This document shows positions 9,272 through 18,537 of a DNA stretch of 32,000 nt, piece after piece. How positions within the stretch are numbered: position 1 is the first letter of the stretch; the number at the start of each line of letters is the position of its first letter. The notes beneath the pieces were generated by a model. That model ran no database searches and had not been told where the DNA came from. It saw nothing but the letters and a program-made list of their open reading frames with translations. Origin of the DNA: Zymomonas mobilis subsp. mobilis ATCC 10988 (GTDB lineage: Bacteria > Pseudomonadota > Alphaproteobacteria > Sphingomonadales > Sphingomonadaceae); NCBI RefSeq assembly GCF_000175255.2, contig NC_017262.1, positions 1,740,001-1,772,000 of the forward strand. Direction: 5' to 3'. The position numbers and the translations under genes are program-made.

Positions 9272-9856
9272 TCACGAAGCACGTGCCTGAAGCATTTTAA
9301 TCAGGCTATCAAAGCCCTTATGCTCGACTACGGAATCAAAATCAGCTCTCTGGGTTATCAACAGATTGATACCCCCTACGGTCATATTGCTGACTTTATA
9401 GCCCTGACTGGTGTGTTCCAATGTCCAGATGACATTGACAGGATCAGAGCCTGATTTTGTCACTTGCGACAATACCGCTGCACCATCCCCCGCCGGAATA
9501 ATCCGAATGATTTTCAGCTTTGCCGAGCTGTAATCAGAAATCCGGTTGGCATAAGTATTGATAATAAAATTCGGCAAAGCGGCTTTATAGGCCGTTAGCT
9601 GTTCCGGTGTAATCTGGCTTTTCCAGCGCCGGACAAGGCTCTCACCAATTTCATCTACTTGGAAATACTGGGCGAGCAGGGCTTTCAGCTTTTGATGAGC
9701 ATGAACTTTGTCATTATTCTGGGCAACAGACAAAGCCTCTGCAATCAGACCATTGATAAGACCTGTTGGGGTCTGGTTATCAACCGCTGCACAAGCAGGC
9801 GTTGCAAATGAGACAAGCGCAATGGGAAGCGCGAAAAAGGGCGCAACTTTTTTCAT
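9272..9856 (-). CDS. MlaC/Ttg2D (toluene-tolerance) family periplasmic lipid-binding protein, possibly HpnM-like
   Basis: Signal peptide MKKVAPFFALPIALVSFATPACA, then the family-typical pattern (LLAQYFQVDEIGESLVRRWKSQITPEQLTAYKAALPNFIINTYANRISDYS). I prefer the start at ATG 9856 (AAGGAGA 6 nt upstream) over the track start at 9898. Confidence 0.8.
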   Translation of the reverse strand: MKKVAPFFALPIALVSFATPACAAVDNQTPTGLINGLIAEALSVAQNNDKVHAHQKLKALLAQYFQVDEIGESLVRRWKSQITPEQLTAYKAALPNFIINTYANRISDYSSAKLKIIRIIPAGDGAAVLSQVTKSGSDPVNVIWTLEHTSQGYKVSNMTVGGINLLITQRADFDSVVEHKGFDSLIKMLQARAS

Positions 9857-10014
9857 AATTCTCCTTTCCCGGACGGTGTCAGAGAAGTCGGTTTTCAAGG
9901 CTAAATCCAGATTTTCTGGCTTTTTGCTGATTCGGCTAATGTTAAAAACACCTTCAAGGAGAATGGCCTGTTGATATGCAGATTCTTCTCTAATGGTTAT
10001 TCGGGCGAATCAAT

Positions 10015-10075
10015 AATACTAGTCAGTACACAAAATATACTATTACGTATAGCTAAAATTGTACTGACCAGTATT
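10015..10075. promoter_or_regulatory. 16-bp inverted repeat (15/16) with a 29-bp spacer
   Basis: AATACTAGTCAGTACA (10015-10030) versus TGTACTGACCAGTATT (10060-10075). It lies 39 nt downstream of the yqjK-like stop and about 160-220 nt upstream of the MlaC-like start. Confidence 0.4.
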
Positions 10076-10113
10076 AGGGTGCATGGTAATAGATGAACCT
10101 TTATTGAACCGAC

Positions 10114-10449
10114 TTATTCTTGCGCTTTTTCGGCCTTATCTTTATCCGCCGGAGCTGTTCTAAAAAGGGAACTGACCAGCCGAAACAGCATACCCCCCGT
10201 TTTGGAACGCCACAGGAAAATAAAACCGATACCACTCACCGCTGCCACCGTTGCAAGAGGCCGTTTTTGGGCTTCCTGATTAAGGCGATCGACGACATTT
10301 TTACCCGCCTGAACACCTGATTTCACTAGACTACGGGCAATTGACCCCGGTTTCAGATGATTGGTAACATCATCTAACGAAGCCATAAGATGGGTGCGAG
10401 CCTGTTCAAGTTCAGCTTTTTTCTGATTAATTTTAGACGTATGAAGCAT
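10114..10449 (-). CDS. Small membrane protein, YqjK-like architecture (coiled N-terminus plus one TM)
   Basis: MLHTSKINQKKAELEQARTHLMASLDD..., with hydrophobic segment PLATVAAVSGIGFIFLW. It is the third gene after the DUF883-like and DUF1469-like genes, as in E. coli yqjD-yqjE-yqjK. The assignment rests on architecture and synteny only. Confidence 0.55.
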   Translation of the reverse strand: MLHTSKINQKKAELEQARTHLMASLDDVTNHLKPGSIARSLVKSGVQAGKNVVDRLNQEAQKRPLATVAAVSGIGFIFLWRSKTGGMLFRLVSSLFRTAPADKDKAEKAQE

Positions 10450-10503
10450 AGCATGGCGGCCTTTTCAGACCGTTTCCTTCCAGAATGATAGCTTTGGCGA
10501 ATA

Positions 10504-11025
10504 TTACGGTGCCTCGGTCAACCAATGATAAGCGACCAGCACCAGAATAATCGCAATGGGTAACCCCACAGCTGCGAAAATCAGGCCTGCACCCAAAGCC
10601 CCTACAGCATGGATCAAGGCAATGAAAACGCCTACCAACAAACCGATCAGGCCAATAATCGCAAAGGCAGCGGCCAAAACCAACGCAATCGCCGCCTTCG
10701 CAATTCTTTTGACGCGCAGCATGACAATTTCGCGGCAAAAAGCGATTTCATGGTGAAAGAAGTTTTTGGCGGCCTGAATAAGATTCCGAAAAGACTGGAA
10801 AATTCCGGTCTCTTCATAAATGAAATCTTCTCCTCCGGCGGCTTCGGCTTCCATTCTACCTTCTTCCAATCTCGCTTCGGCTTCGGCAACAGCTGCTTCA
10901 TCATTTTCTTCGCCTGTAGCCACCTTTTCGGCAGCTACAGGGTCGATTTCAGCTTCAGACAAGGCCTCGGCGATTTCTTCAGAAGTAATGTTCGATTCTT
11001 TTTCGCCTTTATTTTCCAGCGTCAA
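10504..11025 (-). CDS. Phage-holin-family / YqjE-like (DUF1469) inner membrane protein
   Basis: The C-terminal half has an amphipathic helix plus two TM helices (IAKAAIALVLAAAFAIIGLIGLLVGVFIALI and GAGLIFAAVGLPIAIILVLVAY). The track start is TTG 11025, 2 nt after the upstream stop. An alternative ATG at 10854 would remove a 57-residue acidic N-terminal extension. Confidence 0.65.
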   Translation of the reverse strand: MTLENKGEKESNITSEEIAEALSEAEIDPVAAEKVATGEENDEAAVAEAEARLEEGRMEAEAAGGEDFIYEETGIFQSFRNLIQAAKNFFHHEIAFCREIVMLRVKRIAKAAIALVLAAAFAIIGLIGLLVGVFIALIHAVGALGAGLIFAAVGLPIAIILVLVAYHWLTEAP

Positions 11026-11027
11026 TG

Positions 11028-11657
11028 TTATGAATCCTGATGGCTGCTGTCAGAAGAGGATGCATCTGCTTCCTGATGGTTGCAGGCATGATTGGCTTCA
11101 CATTTATGCTTTTTGTGGCTGGCAAAGCGATAAAGCGCATAGCCAAGGGCTGCTGCGACACCAACCGTCACAACTGGGTTACGGCGGATAATGCTATGAC
11201 CGCTTTTGGTGATGTCAGCCAATTTTTTATCTTTCAGAGATTTTGACAATTTGCCGATATGTTTGGAAGCCTTGTGCATATAGTCGCCATAGGAACTTCC
11301 CAGATTTTCGGCAACCAATTCTGCGGTCTGGTCGACGATTTTGGCAACATTATTAACAGCTTCGATGGCTTTGTGATGACCTTCATCACCAATTTCATGA
11401 ATTTTTCCATGAAAGGGACTGTGATCCTGAAATAAATGATGCAGTTTATTTTCTTCTTTTTCAGCAAAATCTTTGGCTTCGGAAAGATGCGATTTTGCTT
11501 TTTCAGCAAGGTGAGAAGCCGTTTCCGATATATGCTGTCCTATATGATGGCCTTCATGTTTTGCTTCATGAGTGGCTTTTTCAGCCTGATTTTCGGCGTT
11601 TTTCTGCAAATCATTGGCAGCTGATGCTACATTCGCCACAGTTTTGTTTTCGGCCAT
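11028..11657 (-). CDS. ElaB/YqjD (DUF883)-like C-tail-anchored protein, histidine-rich
   Basis: GGAG lies 9 nt upstream of ATG 11657. Long helical N-terminal region, then the DUF883-type terminal motif IRRNPVVTVGVAAALGYALYRF, followed by an extra tail ASHKKHKCEANHACNHQEADASSSDSSHQDS. Confidence 0.75.
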   Translation of the reverse strand: MAENKTVANVASAANDLQKNAENQAEKATHEAKHEGHHIGQHISETASHLAEKAKSHLSEAKDFAEKEENKLHHLFQDHSPFHGKIHEIGDEGHHKAIEAVNNVAKIVDQTAELVAENLGSSYGDYMHKASKHIGKLSKSLKDKKLADITKSGHSIIRRNPVVTVGVAAALGYALYRFASHKKHKCEANHACNHQEADASSSDSSHQDS

Positions 11658-13148
<1,491 letters not shown>

Positions 13149-13188
13149 GAATCACAGCTAGAACCGGTTTTTAAACCGCTCTAACTGA

Positions 13189-13557
13189 ATGGGGACATTG
13201 AGCCTTGATTTATCGCTTAAAGCGGTAATTATAGGCTCCATGTCCCTGATTCGTTCAAAGAACAGTCTTTTCCGTGCTGCAATAGGCCCCGCCTTGATGG
13301 TTGTCGTCTTGGGGGTCTTCGTCGGTAATGCCCTTTTGGGGGCAAATGGTTTACTGGCACTCGATGGTTACCGCCAAAAAATGGCCGTTAGAAAAGCGGA
13401 ATTGGCGGCTTTAGAACACCAGCGAGACCAATTGGCGAATAGCATCGCCCTTCTTAATCCCAAGGCTACTGATCCTGATTATGCCGAAGAATTGGTGCGT
13501 AAAGAAACGCGGCAGATCCGGCCGGATGAAGTGATTATTCTCGACAGCCAGAAATAA
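13189..13557 (+). CDS. ftsB: FtsB/DivIC-type septum formation initiator
   Basis: One N-terminal TM (AAIGPALMVVVLGVFVGNALLG), then a coiled coil (LDGYRQKMAVRKAELAALEHQRDQLANSIALL) and DPDYAEELVRK. The eno-ftsB-pdhA order is common in Alphaproteobacteria. The start is uncertain: ATG 13189 or ATG 13240. Confidence 0.75.
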   Translation: MGTLSLDLSLKAVIIGSMSLIRSKNSLFRAAIGPALMVVVLGVFVGNALLGANGLLALDGYRQKMAVRKAELAALEHQRDQLANSIALLNPKATDPDYAEELVRKETRQIRPDEVIILDSQK

Positions 13558-13923
13558 ATTCAACTTTTGGAATGGATCACCATGATCTAACGAGGACTAA
13601 ACAGCCTTGTTGATTATGGGTAAAAAAGCTTTCTATTTCCTAGGCTGTTATCGCCGCGATTGACAGTTTCTCTTTGAAAAACGCGTCATTATCTCAAATC
13701 ATTCAAGGTCAAAATTCTGTTCTTTTGATGAAGAGCCTTCAAGAGTGACTTTGACGAAATCAATCAATATAAACAAATTACTAAAGACAGAAGGACGGAT
13801 ATTGGTTAAGCCCGAAATCCGTTTTTAATAAACCCGAGCTGTCAGGGCAGGGGTCAGACCCATAATGTCGATTTATCCTGTCCGTCAGAAAATTTTTAGT
13901 CTTTTTTGACAGGAGGCCTCTAC

Positions 13924-14988
13924 ATGGCCAAAGCAACTCAGGATTCCAATCGGCCTCATAAAGCTGATGTCGGATCCGCCATTCCCAATCACGATTTGCC
14001 ACCGATACCCGGTCGCTATCACGCCGACCGGGAAGAGCTGCTAGAATTTTATCGACGGATGCTGATGATCCGCCGTTTTGAAGAACGGTGCGGACAGCTT
14101 TACGGTTTGGGGCTGATTGCTGGTTTTTGTCATCTCTATATCGGTCAGGAAGCCGTTGCGGTTGGTCTGCAAGCCGCCCTGCAACCGGGACGGGATAGCG
14201 TTATTACCGGCTATCGCGAACATGGGCATATGCTGGCCTATGGTATTGATCCCAAAATTGTTATGGCTGAATTGACGGGTCGTGCCAGCGGTATTTCGCA
14301 TGGTAAAGGCGGCTCGATGCATATGTTCTCGACCGAACATAAATTTTTCGGCGGAAATGGTATCGTTGGGGCTCAGGTGCCGCTTGGTGCTGGATTGGCC
14401 TTTGCGCATAAATACCGGAATGATGGGGGTTGTTCTGCGGCTTATTTCGGTGATGGGTCAGCCAATCAGGGACAGGTTTACGAAGCCTATAACATGGCGG
14501 CTTTGTGGAAATTACCCGTGATCTTCGTCATCGAAAATAACGGTTATGCCATGGGAACCAGTATCCAACGCGCTAATGCCCATACAGCTTTGTCTGAAAG
14601 AGGCGCAGGCTTTGGTATTCCGGCTTTGGTTGTTGACGGCATGGATGTGCTTGAAGTCAGAGGCGCTGCTACAGTCGCGGTTGACTGGGTGCAGGCTGGA
14701 AAAGGGCCCATCATCCTTGAAATGAAGACCTATCGTTATCGGGGACATTCTATGTCTGATCCGGCGCGCTATCGTAGCCGCGAAGAGGTCAATGACATGA
14801 AGGAAAACCACGATCCTTTAGACAATCTGAAAAAAGACCTTTTCGCCGCAGGCGTTCCCGAGGTCGAGCTGGTTAAACTGGATGAAGACATCCGCCAGCA
14901 GGTCAAAGAGGCCGCCGATTTCGCTGAAAAAGCGCCTTTACCGGCTGATGAAGAATTATATACCAATATTCTGGTAGGAAAGTATTGA
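13924..14988 (+). CDS. pdhA: Pyruvate dehydrogenase E1 alpha subunit
   Basis: AGGAGG at 13911-13916, then ATG 13924 (the track uses the upstream TTG 13906). TPP-binding region [37 protein letters not shown]. Confidence 0.95.
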
Positions 14989-14989
14989 T

Positions 14990-16378
14990 ATGGCCATAGA
15001 GCTTAAAATGCCCGCTCTGTCTCCAACGATGGAGGAAGGCACGCTGACCCGCTGGCTGGTAAAAGAAGGCGACTCCATCAAAGCTGGTGAAATTTTGGCT
15101 GAAATCGAAACCGATAAAGCCATCATGGAATTTGAAGCCGTTGATGAAGGCGTGATAACGAAAATCCTCATTCCCGAGGGTAGCGAAAATGTCAAAGTTG
15201 GCACCGCTATCGCTTATCTTGGGACGGATGCCAATGATGTGACCTTGGATGGCGCCTCTGCCGAAACCAAAGCAGAAGAAAGCGCCCCTGTTGCATCACC
15301 TGCCAAAACAGAGGCCGCAGCGGTTGAAGAAGCGGCAACGCCTTCATTGGGTAAAGTCATCAATTCCGCTCCCGAAATACCGGAAGGCACCGAATTCTTT
15401 CAGCAGACTTTGCGTGAAGCCTTACGCGATGCCATGGCCGAAGAAATGCGGCGCGATGACCGTGTTTTTGTTATGGGTGAAGAAGTCGCTGAATATCAGG
15501 GTGCCTATAAAGTCACGCAAGGGCTGTTGCAGGAATTTGGCGCGCGTCGTGTCGTGGATACGCCGATTTCCGAATATGGCTTTTCCGGTATTGGTGTGGG
15601 TGCCGCAATGGAAGGTTTGCGCCCTGTCATCGAATTCATGACCATGAATTTCTCGATGCAGGCGATTGACCATATTATCAATTCTGCGGCCAAAACGCAT
15701 TATATGTCCGGCGGCCAAGTCCGTTGTCCTATCGTCTTCCGTGGGCCCAATGGGGCAGCCCCGCGCGTCGGCGCACAGCATACCCAGAATTTCGGGCCTT
15801 GGTATGCCGCCGTTCCCGGATTGGTCGTTCTTGCACCTTATGATGCCATTGATGCCAAGGGCTTGTTAAAAGCCGCTATCCGTTCCGATGACCCTGTTGT
15901 CTTTTTGGAATGTGAACTGCTTTACGGCAAGACTTTTGACGTGCCAAAAATGGATGATTTTGTTTTACCCATTGGTAAGGCGCGCATCATCCGTGAAGGC
16001 AAGGACGTCACGATTGTCAGCTATTCCATTGGTGTCTCTTTTGCACTGACCGCTGCCGAAGCTTTAGCCAAAGAAGGCATTGATGCGGAAGTAATCGACC
16101 TTAGGACGCTTCGCCCATTGGATAAGGAAACGATCCTTCAAAGTCTGGCCAAAACCAATCGTATTGTGACGGTAGAAGATGGCTGGCCGGTTTGCTCGAT
16201 TTCTTCTGAAATTGCGGCCATTGCCATGGAAGAAGGCTTCGACAATTTGGATGCCCCTGTTTTGCGGGTAACCAATGCCGATACGCCGACTCCTTACGCC
16301 GAAAATCTCGAGAAAAAAGGCTTGGTCAATCCTGAAGCCATTATCGAGGCCGTCCGCAAGGTCTGCTATCGCAAGTAA
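14990..16378 (+). CDS. pdhB: Pyruvate dehydrogenase E1 beta subunit with N-terminal lipoyl domain
   Basis: The ATG lies 1 nt after the pdhA TGA. The N-terminus [50 protein letters not shown] is a lipoyl domain (ETDKA lipoyl-lysine). An Ala/Pro/Glu linker follows, then the E1-beta core ([21 protein letters not shown]...). Confidence 0.96.
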
Positions 16379-16399
16379 ATTGTAAAATTTTTATTTTTG

Positions 16400-16486
16400 T
16401 TCCCGAAATAGTTCGATACTGTCACATATCAAAGTTACACATAAAACTTATGATAATACCTGTCAGAATTTCAACTATTTCGGGAA
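16400..16486. promoter_or_regulatory. Perfect 14-bp inverted repeat bracketing the upstream region and SD of the NPP gene
   Basis: TTCCCGAAATAGTT (16400-16413) and AACTATTTCGGGAA (16473-16486) are separated by a 59-bp spacer. The right arm ends 6 nt before ATG 16493. CTGTCA motifs sit at 16419 and 16460. Confidence 0.45.
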
Positions 16487-16492
16487 TGAGAT

Positions 16493-17782
16493 ATGTCAGC
16501 CGGATATAAGCCTCTTAAAAAACGAAAGCCGTGGATATCCGGCATTTTATCGCTCCTCTTGGGTTGCGCTGGATTATCGGTGGTTCACAGCGATGCCATT
16601 GCCGCAACGGCGCATGCAACGGCTCAATCAAAAACGCCTTTAATCCTGATTTCTATAGATGGTTTTCGGGCAGATTATATCAAACGGGGATTAACGCCCA
16701 ATCTGGTCTCTTTGGCTAAAAATGGTAGCTATGCTAAAGTAATGCACCCCTCTTTCCCGTCTATCACTTTCCCCAATCATTATACCTTGGTCACTGGCCT
16801 TTATCCCGATCACCACGGTATTGTTGGCAATAATATGGACGATGCGCATATTACGCCCGATAGCCATTTTAAAATGAGCGATCATCAGGCCGTCACCGAT
16901 CGGCGTTGGTGGGATGAAGGTGAACCGCTTTGGGTCACAGCAGAAAAACAAGGCGTTGTTTCAGCCACGATGTTCTGGCCGGGGTCCGAAGCTGACATCG
17001 AAGGTGTTCGCCCTGAAATGTGGCGGCAATTCGATAGTCATGTGCCTTTCTCAGAAAGAGTCGATCAAGTCTTTTCATGGCTGGCTTATCCTGAAAAGAA
17101 ACGTCCGCAATTCATCACGCTCTATTTTGAAAATGTCGATCATGCGGGACATCTTTACGGGCCCGATTCCCAAGAGGTGAACGACAATCTGGTCAAGATC
17201 GATCAAACCATCGGGCAGCTGGTGCAGGGCTTAAAGCAACGCGGTATCAAGGCCAATCTGGTCATCGTCTCTGATCATGGTATGGCTGCAACCTCTTCCG
17301 ATCGGGTTGTCGCCTTGAATAAAATCCTCGATCCCAGCCTTTATCATGTCGTCACCGGCGGTGCTTATGCGGGTATTGAACCCAGCTCCGGCCATAGCCT
17401 CAAAGATCTTGAGCCTTTATTTGCCTCCCATGACCATATGCAATGTTGGCCGAAACAGCAGATTCCAGCTCGTTTTCATTATGGCCAAAATCCACGGGTT
17501 CCCGCGGTTGTCTGCGCGGCCGAAGTCGGCTGGTCGATCATGGGTGATGATAGCATGGCGGCGCATGCCACCAAGGGCAATCATGGCTATGACAACCAAA
17601 CGCCTGAAATGGGTGCTTTATTTATCGCCAATGGGCCCGCTTTCCAAAAGCATAAAGTGATCGAATCCATGGACAATATTGATGTCCAACCTTTGGTCGC
17701 ACAGGTCTTAAAGCTGAAAGCACCGAAAGGCGATAGCAGCCTAACAGCTTCCGACATCGAACAGCGTTTTCTCGCTCAATAA
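16493..17782 (+). CDS. Nucleotide pyrophosphatase/phosphodiesterase (NPP, alkaline-phosphatase superfamily), secreted or lipoprotein
   Basis: LILISIDGFRADY, PSFPSITFPNHYTLVTGLYPDHHGIVGN, ENVDHAGHLYGP, VIVSDHGM and GNHGYD are NPP metal-ligand and catalytic-Thr motifs. The N-terminal signal has a possible lipobox, LLLGC. Confidence 0.88.
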   Translation: MSAGYKPLKKRKPWISGILSLLLGCAGLSVVHSDAIAATAHATAQSKTPLILISIDGFRADYIKRGLTPNLVSLAKNGSYAKVMHPSFPSITFPNHYTLVTGLYPDHHGIVGNNMDDAHITPDSHFKMSDHQAVTDRRWWDEGEPLWVTAEKQGVVSATMFWPGSEADIEGVRPEMWRQFDSHVPFSERVDQVFSWLAYPEKKRPQFITLYFENVDHAGHLYGPDSQEVNDNLVKIDQTIGQLVQGLKQRGIKANLVIVSDHGMAATSSDRVVALNKILDPSLYHVVTGGAYAGIEPSSGHSLKDLEPLFASHDHMQCWPKQQIPARFHYGQNPRVPAVVCAAEVGWSIMGDDSMAAHATKGNHGYDNQTPEMGALFIANGPAFQKHKVIESMDNIDVQPLVAQVLKLKAPKGDSSLTASDIEQRFLAQ

Positions 17783-17790
17783 TAAAACTG

Positions 17791-17817
17791 CGCCAAAGGC
17801 TCAAACAGCCTTTGGCG
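17791..17817. terminator. Putative bidirectional terminator between convergent genes
   Basis: Perfect 11-bp stem CGCCAAAGGCT / AGCCTTTGGCG with a CAAAC loop. It sits 8 nt after the NPP stop and abuts the stop (17818-17820) of the minus-strand gene. Confidence 0.6.
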
Positions 17818-18264
17818 TTATTTCGCTTGTGCCGATTCCGAAAGCGAATCAACCAAGGCCATAATCGGGGATAAATCGTAACCGGCATTGGCGGCTTCTG
17901 CGAAAAGAATATCAGCCTCGGATTCCCCTGTTGCCGCGCTGGCCAATGCCCATAAAAAGGCGGAACGTGTTCCGCTAAAACAATAGGCTAATATCGGCTT
18001 ATCTGCTTTTTTCAAAGTCTCTGCCATTGCAACTACGGCCTTTTCATCCAGACCACCGGCGCGAACGGGAATAGCGATATATCCAAGCCCTTCCTCCTTA
18101 GCTGCGGCTTCAATAACGCTGCCAGCAGGTTGATTAGGACTTTCCCCATCGGGACGATTATTGATGATGTACCGAAACCCCTGACGGGCAGCTTCCTTGA
18201 CGTCCTCAACCGATAGTTGGGGACTAACAGCGATTTCACTATTCAGACGTTTAAAACGGTTCAT
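17818..18264 (-). CDS. DUF442 / TIGR01244-family protein (phosphatase-fold, sulfurtransferase-like)
   Basis: IAVSPQLSVEDVKEAARQGFRYIINNRPDGE...PILAYCFSGTRSAFLWAL, with the family-typical Cys-x-S-G-x-R-S loop. It is a stand-alone domain of 148 aa. Confidence 0.7.
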   Translation of the reverse strand: MNRFKRLNSEIAVSPQLSVEDVKEAARQGFRYIINNRPDGESPNQPAGSVIEAAAKEEGLGYIAIPVRAGGLDEKAVVAMAETLKKADKPILAYCFSGTRSAFLWALASAATGESEADILFAEAANAGYDLSPIMALVDSLSESAQAK

Positions 18265-18537
18265 TTCTATCCCCGATTATATGGATTGACAGAATTATGC
18301 CACGAAAAGCAAAGGGGCAGGGGACAAAAAAACGATAACAGTAAGATGCCTAATAACTGACCAAAGATGATTTCGGCTGGATAGCCGCGCCCCGATCACA
18401 GTCCTTCACTCCAGCCAATCTGATATAAAGCCGAAATGAGAATCCGGCATTGATAAAACAGAATCCTTTTGAACTCGCTACGGATCCCTTGTTGCCGTCC
18501 CGATATCGCCGCGCTTTTTGTGAAGCGCTATCCGCTA

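Noticed and set aside
13149-13188. Expected intrinsic terminator right after eno
   Set aside because: Only a 4-6 bp CGGTTT/AAACCG pairing with a 2-nt loop is present, which is sterically poor. No convincing hairpin was found, so none is reported. eno may read through into ftsB.
13877-13916. CCTGTC (13877-13882) / GACAGG (13908-13913) pairing that would partly cover the pdhA SD, plus a weak hairpin and T-run at 13791-13826
   Set aside because: The stems are only 6 bp with 16-25 nt loops, which is thermodynamically marginal. I did not feel able to call an attenuator or terminator.
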